In this document: positions 20,236 to 30,876 of the stretch, in pieces
Numbering within the stretch: position 1 is the stretch's first letter
Layout of the letters: every line of letters starts with the position of its first letter
Assembly: GCA_963716565.1 (NCBI GenBank)
Contig: OY970318.1
Coordinates: forward strand, 385,934 to 449,933
Origin: an uncultured Candidatus Saccharibacteria bacterium
Lineage (GTDB): Bacteria; Patescibacteriota; Saccharimonadia; Saccharimonadales; CAIOMD01
Reading direction: 5' to 3'
DNA length: 64,000 nt
Notes under the pieces: generated by a model
The model's input: the letters and a program-made list of their open reading frames with translations, nothing else
What the model was told of the DNA's origin: nothing
Databases searched by the model: none
Position numbers and translations under genes: made by a program

Positions 20236-20850
20236 TTATTCAGTTGGCTCGATAGTTTCGTCTGTCTGGTTGGCAATAACTACGTATCTCTGCCAATCTG
20301 TACCGATAGGCCAACAAGTTACTAGGCTAATTTTTTTGCCATCACCTTGTTCCAAAATACTAAAATCATTTGAGTTTACTATTTTTTTAGACTCAACGAC
20401 GTATTTATAGATTTTGCCCTCGCGATATATTAGCACTTCGTCACCATTTTCTAAGCGATGCAAAGTTGAAAATATAGTTTCGTAATAACTACCACCCCGA
20501 CCAGAACTATGCCCAAAGAACGCTACGTTACCCGTTTCACCTGGCATGGCAGTACCCGGCATGTGCCCCACTCCATTGCCAAAACCACGATACAGGTCCC
20601 AGGTATTCCCTGGATAGAATAAATTAGCTATCACATTTAAGGCTGGAATCTCTAGCCGGTCCGTTACTTCTTTATCATTTTCTTGTGATTTAGCTTGCTC
20701 GTAGGCTGCAACATTATCTTCTTTGTCAAAGGTTATATTCTTCCATAGCCCAGAAAAGTTTATGGCAATCCATATACCAACAACGCCCAATATCCCAACA
20801 GCAATAAGTAACAACGCCCATTTAAGTTTTTTAGATTTTGGCTTATCCAT
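20236..20850 (-). CDS. sortase-family transpeptidase
   Basis: N-terminal TM anchor, catalytic His (AFFGHSS), LVTCWP (TLxTC Cys motif) and a downstream Arg. Confidence 0.8.
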   Translation of the reverse strand: MDKPKSKKLKWALLLIAVGILGVVGIWIAINFSGLWKNITFDKEDNVAAYEQAKSQENDKEVTDRLEIPALNVIANLFYPGNTWDLYRGFGNGVGHMPGTAMPGETGNVAFFGHSSGRGGSYYETIFSTLHRLENGDEVLIYREGKIYKYVVESKKIVNSNDFSILEQGDGKKISLVTCWPIGTDWQRYVVIANQTDETIEPTE

Positions 20851-20867
20851 CTAAAGATAGTTGCTAA

Positions 20868-21329
20868 CTAGCCTAGTTCAGCAATAACGTATTTAGCAGT
20901 TTCAACAGGTGTAGATATCTCTACTTCTTCACCAACTTTTTTATTAAGCAAAACCAGGCCAATTGGCGATTCATCGGAAATCTTGCCAGATAGTGGATCG
21001 GCTTCTACGGTGCCAACAATTTTAAACTCTAAGGTCTTACCGCCCCGCCCTTTTAGCTTTACATTAGAGCCCATTTTAACCTTGTCACTATTCCTTGGAG
21101 CGCTAATTTTTTCGACATTTTTTAGGATGTGTTCGATTTCGCTAATACGATTTTCGTTGCGCTCTTGTTCGTTACGAGCAGCCGCATATTCAGCGTTCTC
21201 ACTTAAATCGCCTAACTCGCGAGCACTTTTAATGCGTTCAGTTATTTGGCCGCGCTCGGCAACCAATCCGCCCAATTCTGCCATGAGCTCATCAATACCA
21301 TCTTGAGTCAACTTAAATTGCTTTTTCAC
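20868..21329 (-). CDS. greA: transcription elongation factor GreA
   Basis: N-terminal coiled coil with the DLSENAEYAAAR motif and a C-terminal FKBP-like domain. Confidence 0.9.
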   Translation of the reverse strand: MKKQFKLTQDGIDELMAELGGLVAERGQITERIKSARELGDLSENAEYAAARNEQERNENRISEIEHILKNVEKISAPRNSDKVKMGSNVKLKGRGGKTLEFKIVGTVEADPLSGKISDESPIGLVLLNKKVGEEVEISTPVETAKYVIAELG

Positions 21330-21405
21330 TTGATCTCCTACTTAATTAAAAACCCTCAGTCACCTCTGTAATGTCAACCAATGTTGCCATAGTATATAGC
21401 AAAAT

Positions 21406-22659
21406 TTATTTGTTGCCTAGTACTTTTATGAATTCCTTTTCGGACATCATTTGGGTATTGTCATGGGTACGCTTCTTGACTTCTAACTGTCTTTTTTCGA
21501 GCGTTTGCTCGCTAATTACCACTCTGTAGGGTATGCCATATAAATCGGCATCGTTAAATTTGACGCCCGCTCTTTCGTCCCTATCATCCCAAAAGATACT
21601 TACGCCTTGTTCGTTGCAATCATCATAGAACTTTTTAGAAGCTGCTTTTACATTTTCTGAGTCGCCGATTTGAGCCAAATAGACCTTAAATGGGGCTACG
21701 TTTTCTGGCCAAACTAAGCCTCTTTCGTCACTAAATAACTCAGCCAAAACGCCCATTATTCTGCCTGGACCAATGCCATAACAACCCATATAAACCGGTT
21801 GCACTTGCCCGTCTTTATCAGTGTAAGTTAAGCCTAGCGGCTTACTATATTTTGTTCCCAACGGGAATATGTTGCCTACTTCAATGCCCGATTTTTCTAC
21901 CAGATGGGCTTTATCAATCCCTAGCTCGGCCAACAGCTCATCATCTAGCACTTCTTTATTGATGGCTATCTTTTTATCTTGATCTATATAAATGGTGTCT
22001 TCGCCAATATCACTAATAGTTTGGAATTCATGGCTAAATTTAGAAAAACTCCCGCCGCTAGCAAAAGTAATGTATGTTATATCTCCAATACCCAGCCGTT
22101 TAAATACCTTGTGATAAGCATCAGTCATCTTGTTATAAAAAGCTTCGTGTTCTTCGGGCGTACGGCTGAAGGAATATAAATCTTTCATTAAAAATTCCCG
22201 GCACCGCAAAAGACCACTCTTGGCTCTAAGTTCATTACGGAATTTTGTTTGGAACTGATACGGATAGCATGGCAAATCTTTATAGCTATTAACAAAGCGT
22301 CTCATTAAATTTGTCAGCGGTTCTTCGTGGGTTGGCGCCAGGCCGGCTTCGACATTATTAGATAGTTTGGTCTTAAACCAAATATCAATTACTTGGTCAT
22401 TCCAGCGACCAGTAACCTCCCAGATATCTTTGGGCTGAAGCGCCGTTAAACTAATTTCGCAGCCCCCCACTTCATCCATTTCTTCGCGGATAATTTGAAC
22501 AATATTATCTAGCACTCTCTTGCCGAGGGGCAAAAAGGCATATACACCAGCCATCTGCTTATCTATAAAACCAGCCTTTATAAGTAACTGAGCGTTTTTG
22601 GCCGGTTCGTCAACCGGAACAATACGGCTGGTTTTGGTAAATAACTGGCTAGCTTTCAT
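21406..22659 (-). CDS. proS: prolyl-tRNA synthetase, short form lacking the bacterial INS editing domain
   Basis: 417 aa with class-II motifs and C-terminal ..GIPYRVVISEQTLEKRQLEVKKR. There is no insertion between motifs 2 and 3. Confidence 0.85.
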   Translation of the reverse strand: MKASQLFTKTSRIVPVDEPAKNAQLLIKAGFIDKQMAGVYAFLPLGKRVLDNIVQIIREEMDEVGGCEISLTALQPKDIWEVTGRWNDQVIDIWFKTKLSNNVEAGLAPTHEEPLTNLMRRFVNSYKDLPCYPYQFQTKFRNELRAKSGLLRCREFLMKDLYSFSRTPEEHEAFYNKMTDAYHKVFKRLGIGDITYITFASGGSFSKFSHEFQTISDIGEDTIYIDQDKKIAINKEVLDDELLAELGIDKAHLVEKSGIEVGNIFPLGTKYSKPLGLTYTDKDGQVQPVYMGCYGIGPGRIMGVLAELFSDERGLVWPENVAPFKVYLAQIGDSENVKAASKKFYDDCNEQGVSIFWDDRDERAGVKFNDADLYGIPYRVVISEQTLEKRQLEVKKRTHDNTQMMSEKEFIKVLGNK

Positions 22660-22683
22660 GGGTTAAAATGATTGTACCAGCTC

Positions 22684-23433
22684 TTAGCCTCTAAATACAA
22701 AAAGCGCTAAAAAGGCTACCCCGTTTTTTAGCGCGTGTAAGCCCACACAAACCCATAAGTTCTTAGTTTTTTCGTATAAGAAAATCATCACCATCGATAA
22801 TACAAATACATCCACGCCCACATTCCACTGAAAATGCACTACCGCAAAAAGCACGCTGGCAAAGATCGCGGCCAATAATTTTGGCCACTTTTTAGCTAAG
22901 CCCCTGTAAAGGAACCCCCTAAACAACATCTCTTCGGCCAGTGGCGGCAAAACAACTAACCCAATGAATGCCAAGCCAAGCTGCCAGCCATTAGCTGTTT
23001 GGTAGCCAATTTCCTGAGTCTGTTCTAGATCAAATCCTGGAATCAACTGCGCCAGCGATAACATCGCTATCAAAGCGGCATAATACATTATTGCCCCTAA
23101 AACCATCCAGCCAATATCGGAATTTTTTAATTTATTAAACCCTAGTTCTTTAAAACTGCTTTTACGATGTTTTAAGAATAGCCAAAGAACAGTTAATAAG
23201 GTTGCCGACGAAATGCCGGTTAAAGCTAAGTTCAACCAAGGTGAACTGTTTAAGAGCGTCTGGATATCTTGGCCACGATTTACCGCCTGAATAATTACAA
23301 ATGGCACAAACATGATTACCACTGACGCAATGTAAGCCAAAACCGAAACTACTATTGAACCTAGCGGACCCCACTTTAGGCTAGATTTATCTGCCACTTC
23401 TATCGTTTCTTCGGTTGACTTTATTTTGTTCAA
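22684..23433 (-). CDS. CPBP-family (CAAX/Abi) intramembrane metalloprotease
   Basis: Polytopic membrane protein with the AEEMLFRGFLYRGL motif (EExxxR) and a later HxxxN-type motif (LHALKNG). Confidence 0.8.
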   Translation of the reverse strand: MNKIKSTEETIEVADKSSLKWGPLGSIVVSVLAYIASVVIMFVPFVIIQAVNRGQDIQTLLNSSPWLNLALTGISSATLLTVLWLFLKHRKSSFKELGFNKLKNSDIGWMVLGAIMYYAALIAMLSLAQLIPGFDLEQTQEIGYQTANGWQLGLAFIGLVVLPPLAEEMLFRGFLYRGLAKKWPKLLAAIFASVLFAVVHFQWNVGVDVFVLSMVMIFLYEKTKNLWVCVGLHALKNGVAFLALFVFRG

Positions 23434-23446
23434 AATTTTCCCCTAC

Positions 23447-24604
23447 CTATAAGAATCGCTTTACGTCAACCACTGTTATTAAAATAAATAGTGCCATTAA
23501 AGCCATAAAGCCAATTCCATGTATCAGATCTTCAGTCTTTGGCCTCAAAGGCTTCTTAAATAATCTAAATAACAACGTCACAAATATTTTGCCACCGTCT
23601 AGCGCTGGTATCGGCAAAATATTCATTATAGCTAGCGACAAACTTAAAAGCGCAATTACAAATAAGGTAAACTCATAACCTAGTGTTTCGCCCTGTCGTA
23701 AGATGACAAAAATGCCAACTGGCCCCGAAACGTTTTGGCCGGCCGCGCTGGCATCTTCTTTGGCCTGCTGGCCGTGGCCAGTTACGGCGTTATATAAAGC
23801 TTTGCCCAGGTTGCCCAAAGCCGAGCCAACGCCTTCTAAAGTTAAGCCCGTAAACTGGGTCATAGTTCCAACGGCAACAACCGGAGCCGACCACGTAGCT
23901 TTGGCCAAGGCATATTCACTTGTACCGACACCTAAATAGCCTTTTTGCTCGCCAGCGGCAATACTAGCTTGAACTTCTGCTTCGCTTAACAAGGTGATAC
24001 TTTTTGATTGGTACTCTTTGTCTCTAACATAACCAACCTCAATAGTTTGACCAGCATAATAAGCCGTAGCTTCTAGCAATTGGTCTCGCGTTTTAACATT
24101 CTTCTCGCCAACTTTATTTATTTTATCGGCGATTTTTAGCCCAGTTTTTTCGGCTGGCGAATCTTTATCAACATAATTAACAATTATCTCTTGTAGAGTA
24201 ATTTTGCTATCACTACTAACCCTAAACTGATTTTCTACAACTTGCGGCATCCCAATTACTGACACAATCGTGAATACTACGAAAGCAACTATAAAGTTTG
24301 CCGTTACACCAGCTAACAAAATCCGCATCTTGGCTGGTAACCTGGCCGCACCATACGCACCCTTTTGCTTATCGGCATCGTGTTCGCCTTTTAACCTAAC
24401 AAAACCGCCCAAAGGCAATAAGTTGTAGGAGTAATAGCTCCTAAATATCCCCTTGCCCATCGTGCGCCCATAAATTTTTGGCGGAAAGCCAAGCCCAAAT
24501 TCTTCAACTTCTACTTTATTGCGCTTGGCTACTAAAAAATGACCATATTCGTGAGCTATTACCAGCAGAACAAACAATAAGATACCGATAATTAATAACG
24601 TCAT
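23447..24604 (-). CDS. rseP: RIP zinc metalloprotease RseP (site-2 protease, M50) with PDZ domain
   Basis: HEYGHFLVAK (HExxH) in TM1, a central PDZ domain and a C-terminal NILPIPALDGG motif. Confidence 0.85.
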   Translation of the reverse strand: MTLLIIGILLFVLLVIAHEYGHFLVAKRNKVEVEEFGLGFPPKIYGRTMGKGIFRSYYSYNLLPLGGFVRLKGEHDADKQKGAYGAARLPAKMRILLAGVTANFIVAFVVFTIVSVIGMPQVVENQFRVSSDSKITLQEIIVNYVDKDSPAEKTGLKIADKINKVGEKNVKTRDQLLEATAYYAGQTIEVGYVRDKEYQSKSITLLSEAEVQASIAAGEQKGYLGVGTSEYALAKATWSAPVVAVGTMTQFTGLTLEGVGSALGNLGKALYNAVTGHGQQAKEDASAAGQNVSGPVGIFVILRQGETLGYEFTLFVIALLSLSLAIMNILPIPALDGGKIFVTLLFRLFKKPLRPKTEDLIHGIGFMALMALFILITVVDVKRFL

Positions 24605-25303
24605 CTAAGTCCCAAACCTTCTCTGCCGATTGGCGTATTCATTTATTACTTCATCTAGATCGGTTTCGTTAAAATCTGGCCACATTTTATCTACAAACAT
24701 CAGCTCGCTATAAGCTGCCCGCCACAGCATAAAATTGCTTAGCCGTTTTTCGCCCGAAGTTCTAACAATAATATCCATCGGTGGTATTTCTGGGTAATAC
24801 AGGTTGTCGGCCACAGTCTGCTCTGTGATCATTTCGCCCCCTACGCCACTATTAATTATTTTTTTAACAGCTTCAACAATTTCTAGCTGCCCTCCATAAT
24901 TAAAGCATAAGCTAATCGTAATCTTTTTATTATTCTTAGTTTTATTTTCGGCATTATTAATCATTTTTAGAACGTTTTTATCAATATTTTTTCGATCGCC
25001 CAAAAAACATATTTTGGCACCAGCTTGATCAAATTCTTTTAAGTGCCTCTTTAAACCTTCAATCACTAGCCTCATTATAGAGCCAACTTCGGCCTCGGTT
25101 CTTTGCCAGTTTTCGGTAGAAAACACGTAAACGCTTAGGTACTTAACACCCCGCTCAATGGCATGCAAGGTAACTTTTCTTAAAGCTACAGCGCCTTCTT
25201 CGTGGCCCACGTTAACACTAACATTATGCTGCTTGGCCCATCGCCGGTTGCCATCCATAATAATTCCTATGTGTTGAAGTAATAATTTGTTCATTTTTAC
25301 CAC
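24605..25303 (-). CDS. uppS: undecaprenyl-diphosphate synthase (cis-prenyltransferase)
   Basis: HIGIIMDGNRRWAKQ plus ..SVYVFSTENWQR and C-terminal ..RQRRFG. Confidence 0.9.
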   Translation of the reverse strand: MVKMNKLLLQHIGIIMDGNRRWAKQHNVSVNVGHEEGAVALRKVTLHAIERGVKYLSVYVFSTENWQRTEAEVGSIMRLVIEGLKRHLKEFDQAGAKICFLGDRKNIDKNVLKMINNAENKTKNNKKITISLCFNYGGQLEIVEAVKKIINSGVGGEMITEQTVADNLYYPEIPPMDIIVRTSGEKRLSNFMLWRAAYSELMFVDKMWPDFNETDLDEVINEYANRQRRFGT

Positions 25304-26394
25304 TTTCTTTCAACAGAATACTTAACAATTTCGGAATAAAATCCCCTTAGCTCTTGAGGCAATTGAGAACTCTCTATTACCTTTATGGCCTTTTTTGCCG
25401 CCAGTTTTGCTTCGTTTTCAACCCTATCTTTTGCACCGCATTTTTCGATTATCAGCTTAACTTTTTTGAATTCGTCTTCGGTCAATTTTGGGTTACCAAG
25501 TTGCTTTTTTATTACCGCCTGCTCTGCTGGTTTGGACATTTTCATTGCGTAAAGTATTAACAGGGTTCTTTTGCCCTCTCTTAAGTCATCCATATTTGGT
25601 TTGCCGGTAGTTCTGCTATCACCAAACATACCCAGAATGTCATCTTGTAGCTGAAAAGCCAAGCCAGCCGAAAGCCCAAACTCCACTACCGTATTTAAGA
25701 GTTCTTTATCATTACCGCCTGCTAATGCCATACCCATCTGAATTGGATTTATAAATGTGTAGTAGCTACTTTTGGCTTCATATACGTTGTGCACCGTTTG
25801 CTGGCTAGGCATTGTTTTGCCGTTGCCAGCTATTAGGTCGTCGATTTGGCCATAACAAGTAATGATTATATTTTTATGCAGTGCTTTCAGTGTCTGCCTA
25901 ATCCGATCATCGGTTTCACCACAATTAAGAACCAGATCATTAGCTAAATGCTGAGCTAGCGAACCAACGCTAACAGCTAGCATATTGGCTAGATGTAACC
26001 GCTTAGACTTTGATACCGAGTTTAATTGTGTTAAATATAGCTCGTGTACCGTTGGCAGGCCGCGACGAAAAGCTGAACAATCCATAACATCATCAATAAT
26101 CAACAAATAATCCTGAATCAGCTCTAAAGCAACTGCCAAATCGGCTCCAACTGATTCTAATGGCTTATCACTCATCTGGTTATAGGTGTGCCAAGCTAGC
26201 GCACCACGTATTCGCTTGCCGGGGCCATTACTAAACCTAGCCAACAGCTCAATAGCTTCTAGGCTATTTTGGGATACAGATTTCTTTTTATAATCTTTAT
26301 AGTAGCCATTGAGTCTGTCTTCTATGGCCTCATCTATCAAAATTTTATAGTGGCTTAAAATTTTAACCGTTTTAATATCGGTATCTTTTGTCAT
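25297..26394 (-). CDS. trans-polyprenyl diphosphate synthase (IspA/IspB family)
   Basis: First and second Asp-rich motifs: LIIDDVMDCSAFRRG and FQLQDDILGMFGD. Confidence 0.85.
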   Translation of the reverse strand: MTKDTDIKTVKILSHYKILIDEAIEDRLNGYYKDYKKKSVSQNSLEAIELLARFSNGPGKRIRGALAWHTYNQMSDKPLESVGADLAVALELIQDYLLIIDDVMDCSAFRRGLPTVHELYLTQLNSVSKSKRLHLANMLAVSVGSLAQHLANDLVLNCGETDDRIRQTLKALHKNIIITCYGQIDDLIAGNGKTMPSQQTVHNVYEAKSSYYTFINPIQMGMALAGGNDKELLNTVVEFGLSAGLAFQLQDDILGMFGDSRTTGKPNMDDLREGKRTLLILYAMKMSKPAEQAVIKKQLGNPKLTEDEFKKVKLIIEKCGAKDRVENEAKLAAKKAIKVIESSQLPQELRGFYSEIVKYSVERKW

Positions 26395-26413
26395 ATATCA
26401 CCTAATTAGCGAC

Positions 26414-26977
26414 CTAGACGGTCAAGATATCTTTTTCTTTATCAGATGCCAAGGCATCAACTTGCTGCTTATTTTTGAACATTAGATCTTCAATTTGTTT
26501 TTCGACTCGCTTGTAGTCGTCCTCGCCCATTTGCTTATCGGCCTTGGCCTTTTTGGCCACATCTAAGATTTCGTGCCTGACGTTTCTGGCGGCAATCATA
26601 GCTTCTTCAACCTTTTCGCCCAATTGCTTAACAATTTCTTGGCGGCGCTCGGTACTTAGTGGTGGAATTTGGATTCGCACTACTCGGCCATCATCCATCG
26701 GGTTCAATCCCAAAGTCTGGTCTTCGCGGATAGCATCGCTTATAACGCCAATATTTGTTGGGTCGAAGGGGGTAATTTGTAGCAACTGGCCCTCTGGGGC
26801 ACTTACGGTTGCCAGCTGCTTTAAGGGCATCAACACGCCATAAGCCTTTACCAATACACCGTCAACCATAGCTGGATGAGCGCGACCGGTACGTACTTTT
26901 TTTAGCTCTTCTTCAAAATGAGCTTCTACTTGGGCCAGTTTTTGTTTTACGTTTTCAACGATTTGATTAGAATCCAC
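26414..26977 (-). CDS. frr: ribosome recycling factor
   Basis: 187 aa, ..KVRTGRAHPAMVDGVLVKAYG..LQITPFDP.. typical RRF. Start is GTG. Confidence 0.9.
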   Translation of the reverse strand: MDSNQIVENVKQKLAQVEAHFEEELKKVRTGRAHPAMVDGVLVKAYGVLMPLKQLATVSAPEGQLLQITPFDPTNIGVISDAIREDQTLGLNPMDDGRVVRIQIPPLSTERRQEIVKQLGEKVEEAMIAARNVRHEILDVAKKAKADKQMGEDDYKRVEKQIEDLMFKNKQQVDALASDKEKDILTV

Positions 26978-27065
26978 TCGGCTTCCCTCTTTAAAAGTAC
27001 CTCTATTGTACCAAAAAACCGGCCAGTATTACTACCGCCGGTTTTTTATTCAAAATTGTTATTTT

Positions 27066-27665
27066 TTAGTTAACTTCACCGAGGGCGACGCGAGAAAAGC
27101 GCCTAACTACGATGTTTTCGCCAAGCTTGGCAATAGCTTCTTTTACATAATCACCCACTGTTTGGTCAGGGTTCTTTATGTAGGGCTGATTTAGCAAACA
27201 AACTTGATCGTAATATTTAGCCATCTTGCCTTCGGCGATTTTTTCTAGCATTTCGGCTGGTTTGCCGGTACTTTTTAGTTCTTCTAGAACTAAAGCTTTT
27301 TCTTTTTCGACTGCCTCTTTTGGTACATCTTCTGGGGTAACATATTGTGGTGCACTAGCAGCAATATGCAAGGCAATATTGTGTACATACTCTCTAAAAA
27401 GTTCATTACGAGCTACAAAATCGGTTTCGCAGTTTACTTCTAAAAGTACACCAATGCGATCGCTGTGTACGTAAGCGTCAACCACACCACTGCGAGCTTC
27501 ACGTTCGGCTCGTTTGTCGGCCTTAGCTAAACCTTTAACGCGCATCGCTTCTAGCGCTTTGTCAAAATCGCCACCATTTTCTACTAAGGCCTTTTTGGCA
27601 TCAGTTATGCCTACGCCAGTTAATTCGCGTAATCTTTTGATAGTTTCAACTGTAATTTCGGCCAT
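27066..27665 (-). CDS. tsf: elongation factor Ts
   Basis: MAEITVETIKRLRELTGVGITDAKKAL (UBA-like N-terminus) plus the dimerisation core. 199 aa. Confidence 0.9.
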   Translation of the reverse strand: MAEITVETIKRLRELTGVGITDAKKALVENGGDFDKALEAMRVKGLAKADKRAEREARSGVVDAYVHSDRIGVLLEVNCETDFVARNELFREYVHNIALHIAASAPQYVTPEDVPKEAVEKEKALVLEELKSTGKPAEMLEKIAEGKMAKYYDQVCLLNQPYIKNPDQTVGDYVKEAIAKLGENIVVRRFSRVALGEVN

Positions 27666-28397
27666 TTATTTACCCTCCCCTTTATTATCCTCTACCTTCT
27701 TAGCCCTGGCTGATTTGCCAGCTTCGATAGCATCTTTAATATAATTAGTAATCAAATTAATGGTTTTTATAGCGTCGTCGTTAGCGGCAATTGGATATTC
27801 GATTTTAGAAGGATCAACGTTGGTGTCAACGATAGCCACAATTGGCACGCCTAAACGGGTAGCTTCACGAATAGCTGTAGCTTCTTCTATAGCATCAACC
27901 ACAAACACGGCTCCTGGCTTACCTGGCATCTCTTTTATGCCGCCAAAAATAAAGTTCATGGCGTCGATTTGTTCTTGGAAGCGCTGAACTTCTAGCTTGT
28001 TATATTTATTAGCTAATTCACCACTAGCCATTTTGGTTTCTAAGTCTTTAAGTTTCTTAATGCGACCGCTAATGGTGTTAACGTTAGTCAAAGTACCGCC
28101 TAGCCATCGCTCTACAACGTATGGTTGGCCGGCAGCTTCGGCTGCAGCCTTAACTAGGTCTTTGGCTTGTCTTTTGGTGCCAACAAAAAGCACTTGCTGG
28201 CCTCTGGCAACTACACCTTCGACAAACTTCATTGCCGTCTCAATCTGCTCAACGGTTTTTTCTAGGTTAATAATGTGAATGTCACCCCTGCGGCTATGAA
28301 TGAAAGGTGCCATTTTAGGGTGCCAACGGCTAGTTTTGTGCCCAAAATGAGCACCAGCTTCTAGCAAAGCTTTAATATCTACTACGTTTGTAGCCAT
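27666..28397 (-). CDS. rpsB: 30S ribosomal protein S2
   Basis: ..LLEAGAHFGHKTSRWHPKM..ERWLGGTLTN.. Classic rpsB-tsf-frr order. Confidence 0.9.
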   Translation of the reverse strand: MATNVVDIKALLEAGAHFGHKTSRWHPKMAPFIHSRRGDIHIINLEKTVEQIETAMKFVEGVVARGQQVLFVGTKRQAKDLVKAAAEAAGQPYVVERWLGGTLTNVNTISGRIKKLKDLETKMASGELANKYNKLEVQRFQEQIDAMNFIFGGIKEMPGKPGAVFVVDAIEEATAIREATRLGVPIVAIVDTNVDPSKIEYPIAANDDAIKTINLITNYIKDAIEAGKSARAKKVEDNKGEGK

Positions 28398-28588
28398 TTA
28401 TATATCCTTTTCTTCTTCGTTTGGCAGTCACCCCGAGCGGGGAGGATATCTCTACCAAACTGAATCGTTAATTATTAAATCTCTGCTATATTATCAGATT
28501 AGCCAAATATGTTCAAGGGGTAGCTACTATTTACTAGACTGCGCACCCTTGACTAAAAGCCTCAAAACACCTATACTAGCCCGAGCTT

Positions 28589-28933
28589 ATGAAAAAATCT
28601 ATTCACCCCGACGATTACCGCTTGGTTGTGTTCGAAGACTTGAACAACGGCCAGCGTTTTATTACTCGCTCAACAATCAAAACCACCGAGACAATCAAGC
28701 TCGAAGATGGTAAGGAATATCCGCTATCTAAAATCCATATTTCTAGCGCCAGCCATCCATTCTTTACTGGTCAAGAAAAACTGGTTGATATTGAAGGCCG
28801 TGTTGACCGCTTTAAAGCCCATCAAGCTGCTGCCGAAAAAGCCCGCCTATCCAAAATAGAAGCCGCCAAGAAAAAGAAGCCTGCACCCAAAGCCAAAAAA
28901 GAAGTTCCTGGCGATATTCTCGTTAGCAAATAA
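28589..28933 (+). CDS. rpmE: 50S ribosomal protein L31 (type B, no Zn-ribbon cysteines) with Lys-rich C-terminal extension
   Basis: [17 protein letters not shown]... followed by the tail ..[18 protein letters not shown]. Confidence 0.8.
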   Translation: MKKSIHPDDYRLVVFEDLNNGQRFITRSTIKTTETIKLEDGKEYPLSKIHISSASHPFFTGQEKLVDIEGRVDRFKAHQAAAEKARLSKIEAAKKKKPAPKAKKEVPGDILVSK

Positions 28934-28981
28934 CTCTACAAGCCATATATCTCTAATAGATTAAGCCTGTATACTATTAAT

Positions 28982-30037
28982 ATGGAAGAAAAATACGCCC
29001 CTATCCAAGCCGAGTACAACGAGCTAAAAGAACGCCTTCAAGACAAAGATGTTTATAGCTCGCCAGATTACATAAAACTAGCCAAGCGCTTAAGCCAGCT
29101 AGAAGATATAGTTGCTTTATTCGAAGAACAAGCCCGCTTAAAGCAACAATTAGCCGATGCCATTACTTTAATTGATAGCGACGACGAATTATCCCAGCTG
29201 GCCCGCCAAGAAAAATCTCAGCTTGAAACCCAACTATCAGAGATAAACACCAAACTCGAAGAGTCATTATTGCCCAAAGACCCTAACGATTCGCGTGATG
29301 CTATTATCGAAATTCGAGCCGGAGCCGGTGGTGACGAAGCCAGCTTATTCGCCGGCGAGCTATACCGCATGTATGCCCGTTACTGCGAAATTAACAAGCT
29401 AAAAGTCGAGCTGGTCAGTGAAAGCGCTAACGAAAGCGGCGGGTTTAAAGAAATAATTTTTGCCGTGCGCGGTGATAGCACCTATAAAACATTCAAGTTC
29501 GAAGCCGGCGTACACCGGGTCCAGCGCGTTCCAGTTACCGAAAGCCAGGGCCGGATTCACACCAGTACCGTTACGGTGGCTGTTTTGCCAGAGGCCGAAG
29601 AATCAGACATTGTTGTTAGCCCCAGCGACTTACGCATAGACGTTTATCGCGCTAGTGGCCATGGCGGCCAAAGTGTAAATACAACCGATTCGGCCGTTAG
29701 AATTACCCACTTGCCCTCTGGTTTAGTTGTTACCTGCCAAGACGAAAAGAGCCAAATTAAAAATAAAGATAAGGCTATGGGGGTATTACGCTCTCGCCTT
29801 TTGGCCCAAAAAGTTGAAACCGAGCAACAAAAGCTGTCGCAAGACCGCCGCAGATTAATTGGCTCTGGAGACCGCAGCGAAAAGATTCGTACTTACAACT
29901 TCCCGCAAGATCGCATTACCGACCATCGCATTGGTTATAGCCGCAGTAACATCCCTGGCGCCTTAAATGGTGAGATTCAAGATTTAATCGATAATTTACA
30001 GTCCTTTGAGCGCCAGCTTATTCAGCAAGAAGTTTAA
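28982..30037 (+). CDS. prfA: peptide chain release factor 1
   Basis: PVTES (PxT) tripeptide motif and [23 protein letters not shown] (GGQ). 351 aa, intact. Confidence 0.9.
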   Translation: MEEKYAPIQAEYNELKERLQDKDVYSSPDYIKLAKRLSQLEDIVALFEEQARLKQQLADAITLIDSDDELSQLARQEKSQLETQLSEINTKLEESLLPKDPNDSRDAIIEIRAGAGGDEASLFAGELYRMYARYCEINKLKVELVSESANESGGFKEIIFAVRGDSTYKTFKFEAGVHRVQRVPVTESQGRIHTSTVTVAVLPEAEESDIVVSPSDLRIDVYRASGHGGQSVNTTDSAVRITHLPSGLVVTCQDEKSQIKNKDKAMGVLRSRLLAQKVETEQQKLSQDRRRLIGSGDRSEKIRTYNFPQDRITDHRIGYSRSNIPGALNGEIQDLIDNLQSFERQLIQQEV

Positions 30038-30038
30038 T

Positions 30039-30845
30039 ATGACTATTGGCAAGTGGCTTAAAAGCGCTACTAACAAATTAAAATTGGCTAATATATCAAG
30101 TGCCCGCCTAGACGCCTTACTACTGCTAGAGTATGCCCTAAAGTTTGACCGTTCCCACCTATTAGCCCATCAAGATTCCAGTATTAAGCCAGGGCCACTT
30201 TTAGTGCTTAACCGACTACTAAAAAGGCGCCTAAAATATGAACCAATAGCCTATATAAGGGGCTTTTGCGAATTTTACGGCCGTGAATTTGTAGTTAATA
30301 AAAACGTACTTGTGCCTAGACCGGAATCCGAAGATTTCATTGAATTGCTCAAAAAGACACCCCCAAAGCCAGCCCAAAGATTATTAGATATTGGCACTGG
30401 CAGCGGCATCTTAGCCATTACCGTAAAGCTAGAATTCCCCAGTTTACAGGTTTTTGGCAGCGACATATCTAAAAAAACTATTAAGGTTGCGACTGTTAAT
30501 GCTAAATCCCTAGGCGCAGATGTAAAGATTGCTAAGGCCAATTTAATGGGCAAGTCTTTTGGCAAATGTGACTATATTCTGGCTAATCTACCCTACGTGC
30601 CAATCGGCTACGAAGTTTCGCCAGCGGTTAATCACGAGCCCCGTAGAGCACTTTACGGTGGCAAAGACGGCCTAGATTTAATCAGAACTCTCGCGCCATT
30701 GGCCCACAAACATCTTAATAATGGCGGCTATATCCTTTTAGAGTCTCTACTTGAACAACAAGCGCAAATCAAAATTATCTACCAGCAGGTCGGTTTTAAA
30801 TTCGTCGCTAAAAGCACTCTTGTTCAGTGTTTCCAAAAAATCTAA
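30039..30845 (+). CDS. prmC: release-factor glutamine N5-methyltransferase (HemK/PrmC)
   Basis: LDIGTGSGILAI (SAM motif I) and NLPYVP (NPPY-type motif). ATG 2 nt after the prfA stop. An alternative in-frame start lies at 30006. Confidence 0.8.
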   Translation: MTIGKWLKSATNKLKLANISSARLDALLLLEYALKFDRSHLLAHQDSSIKPGPLLVLNRLLKRRLKYEPIAYIRGFCEFYGREFVVNKNVLVPRPESEDFIELLKKTPPKPAQRLLDIGTGSGILAITVKLEFPSLQVFGSDISKKTIKVATVNAKSLGADVKIAKANLMGKSFGKCDYILANLPYVPIGYEVSPAVNHEPRRALYGGKDGLDLIRTLAPLAHKHLNNGGYILLESLLEQQAQIKIIYQQVGFKFVAKSTLVQCFQKI

Positions 30846-30876
30846 CGGGCAAATGTTTAATTGTATAAACACTATC

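Noticed and set aside
28430-28441. CCCC-GAGC-GGGG tetraloop hairpin between rpsB and rpmE
   Set aside because: It is only 4 bp with no flanking T-tract and sits in a divergent promoter region. It is insufficient to call a regulatory element.
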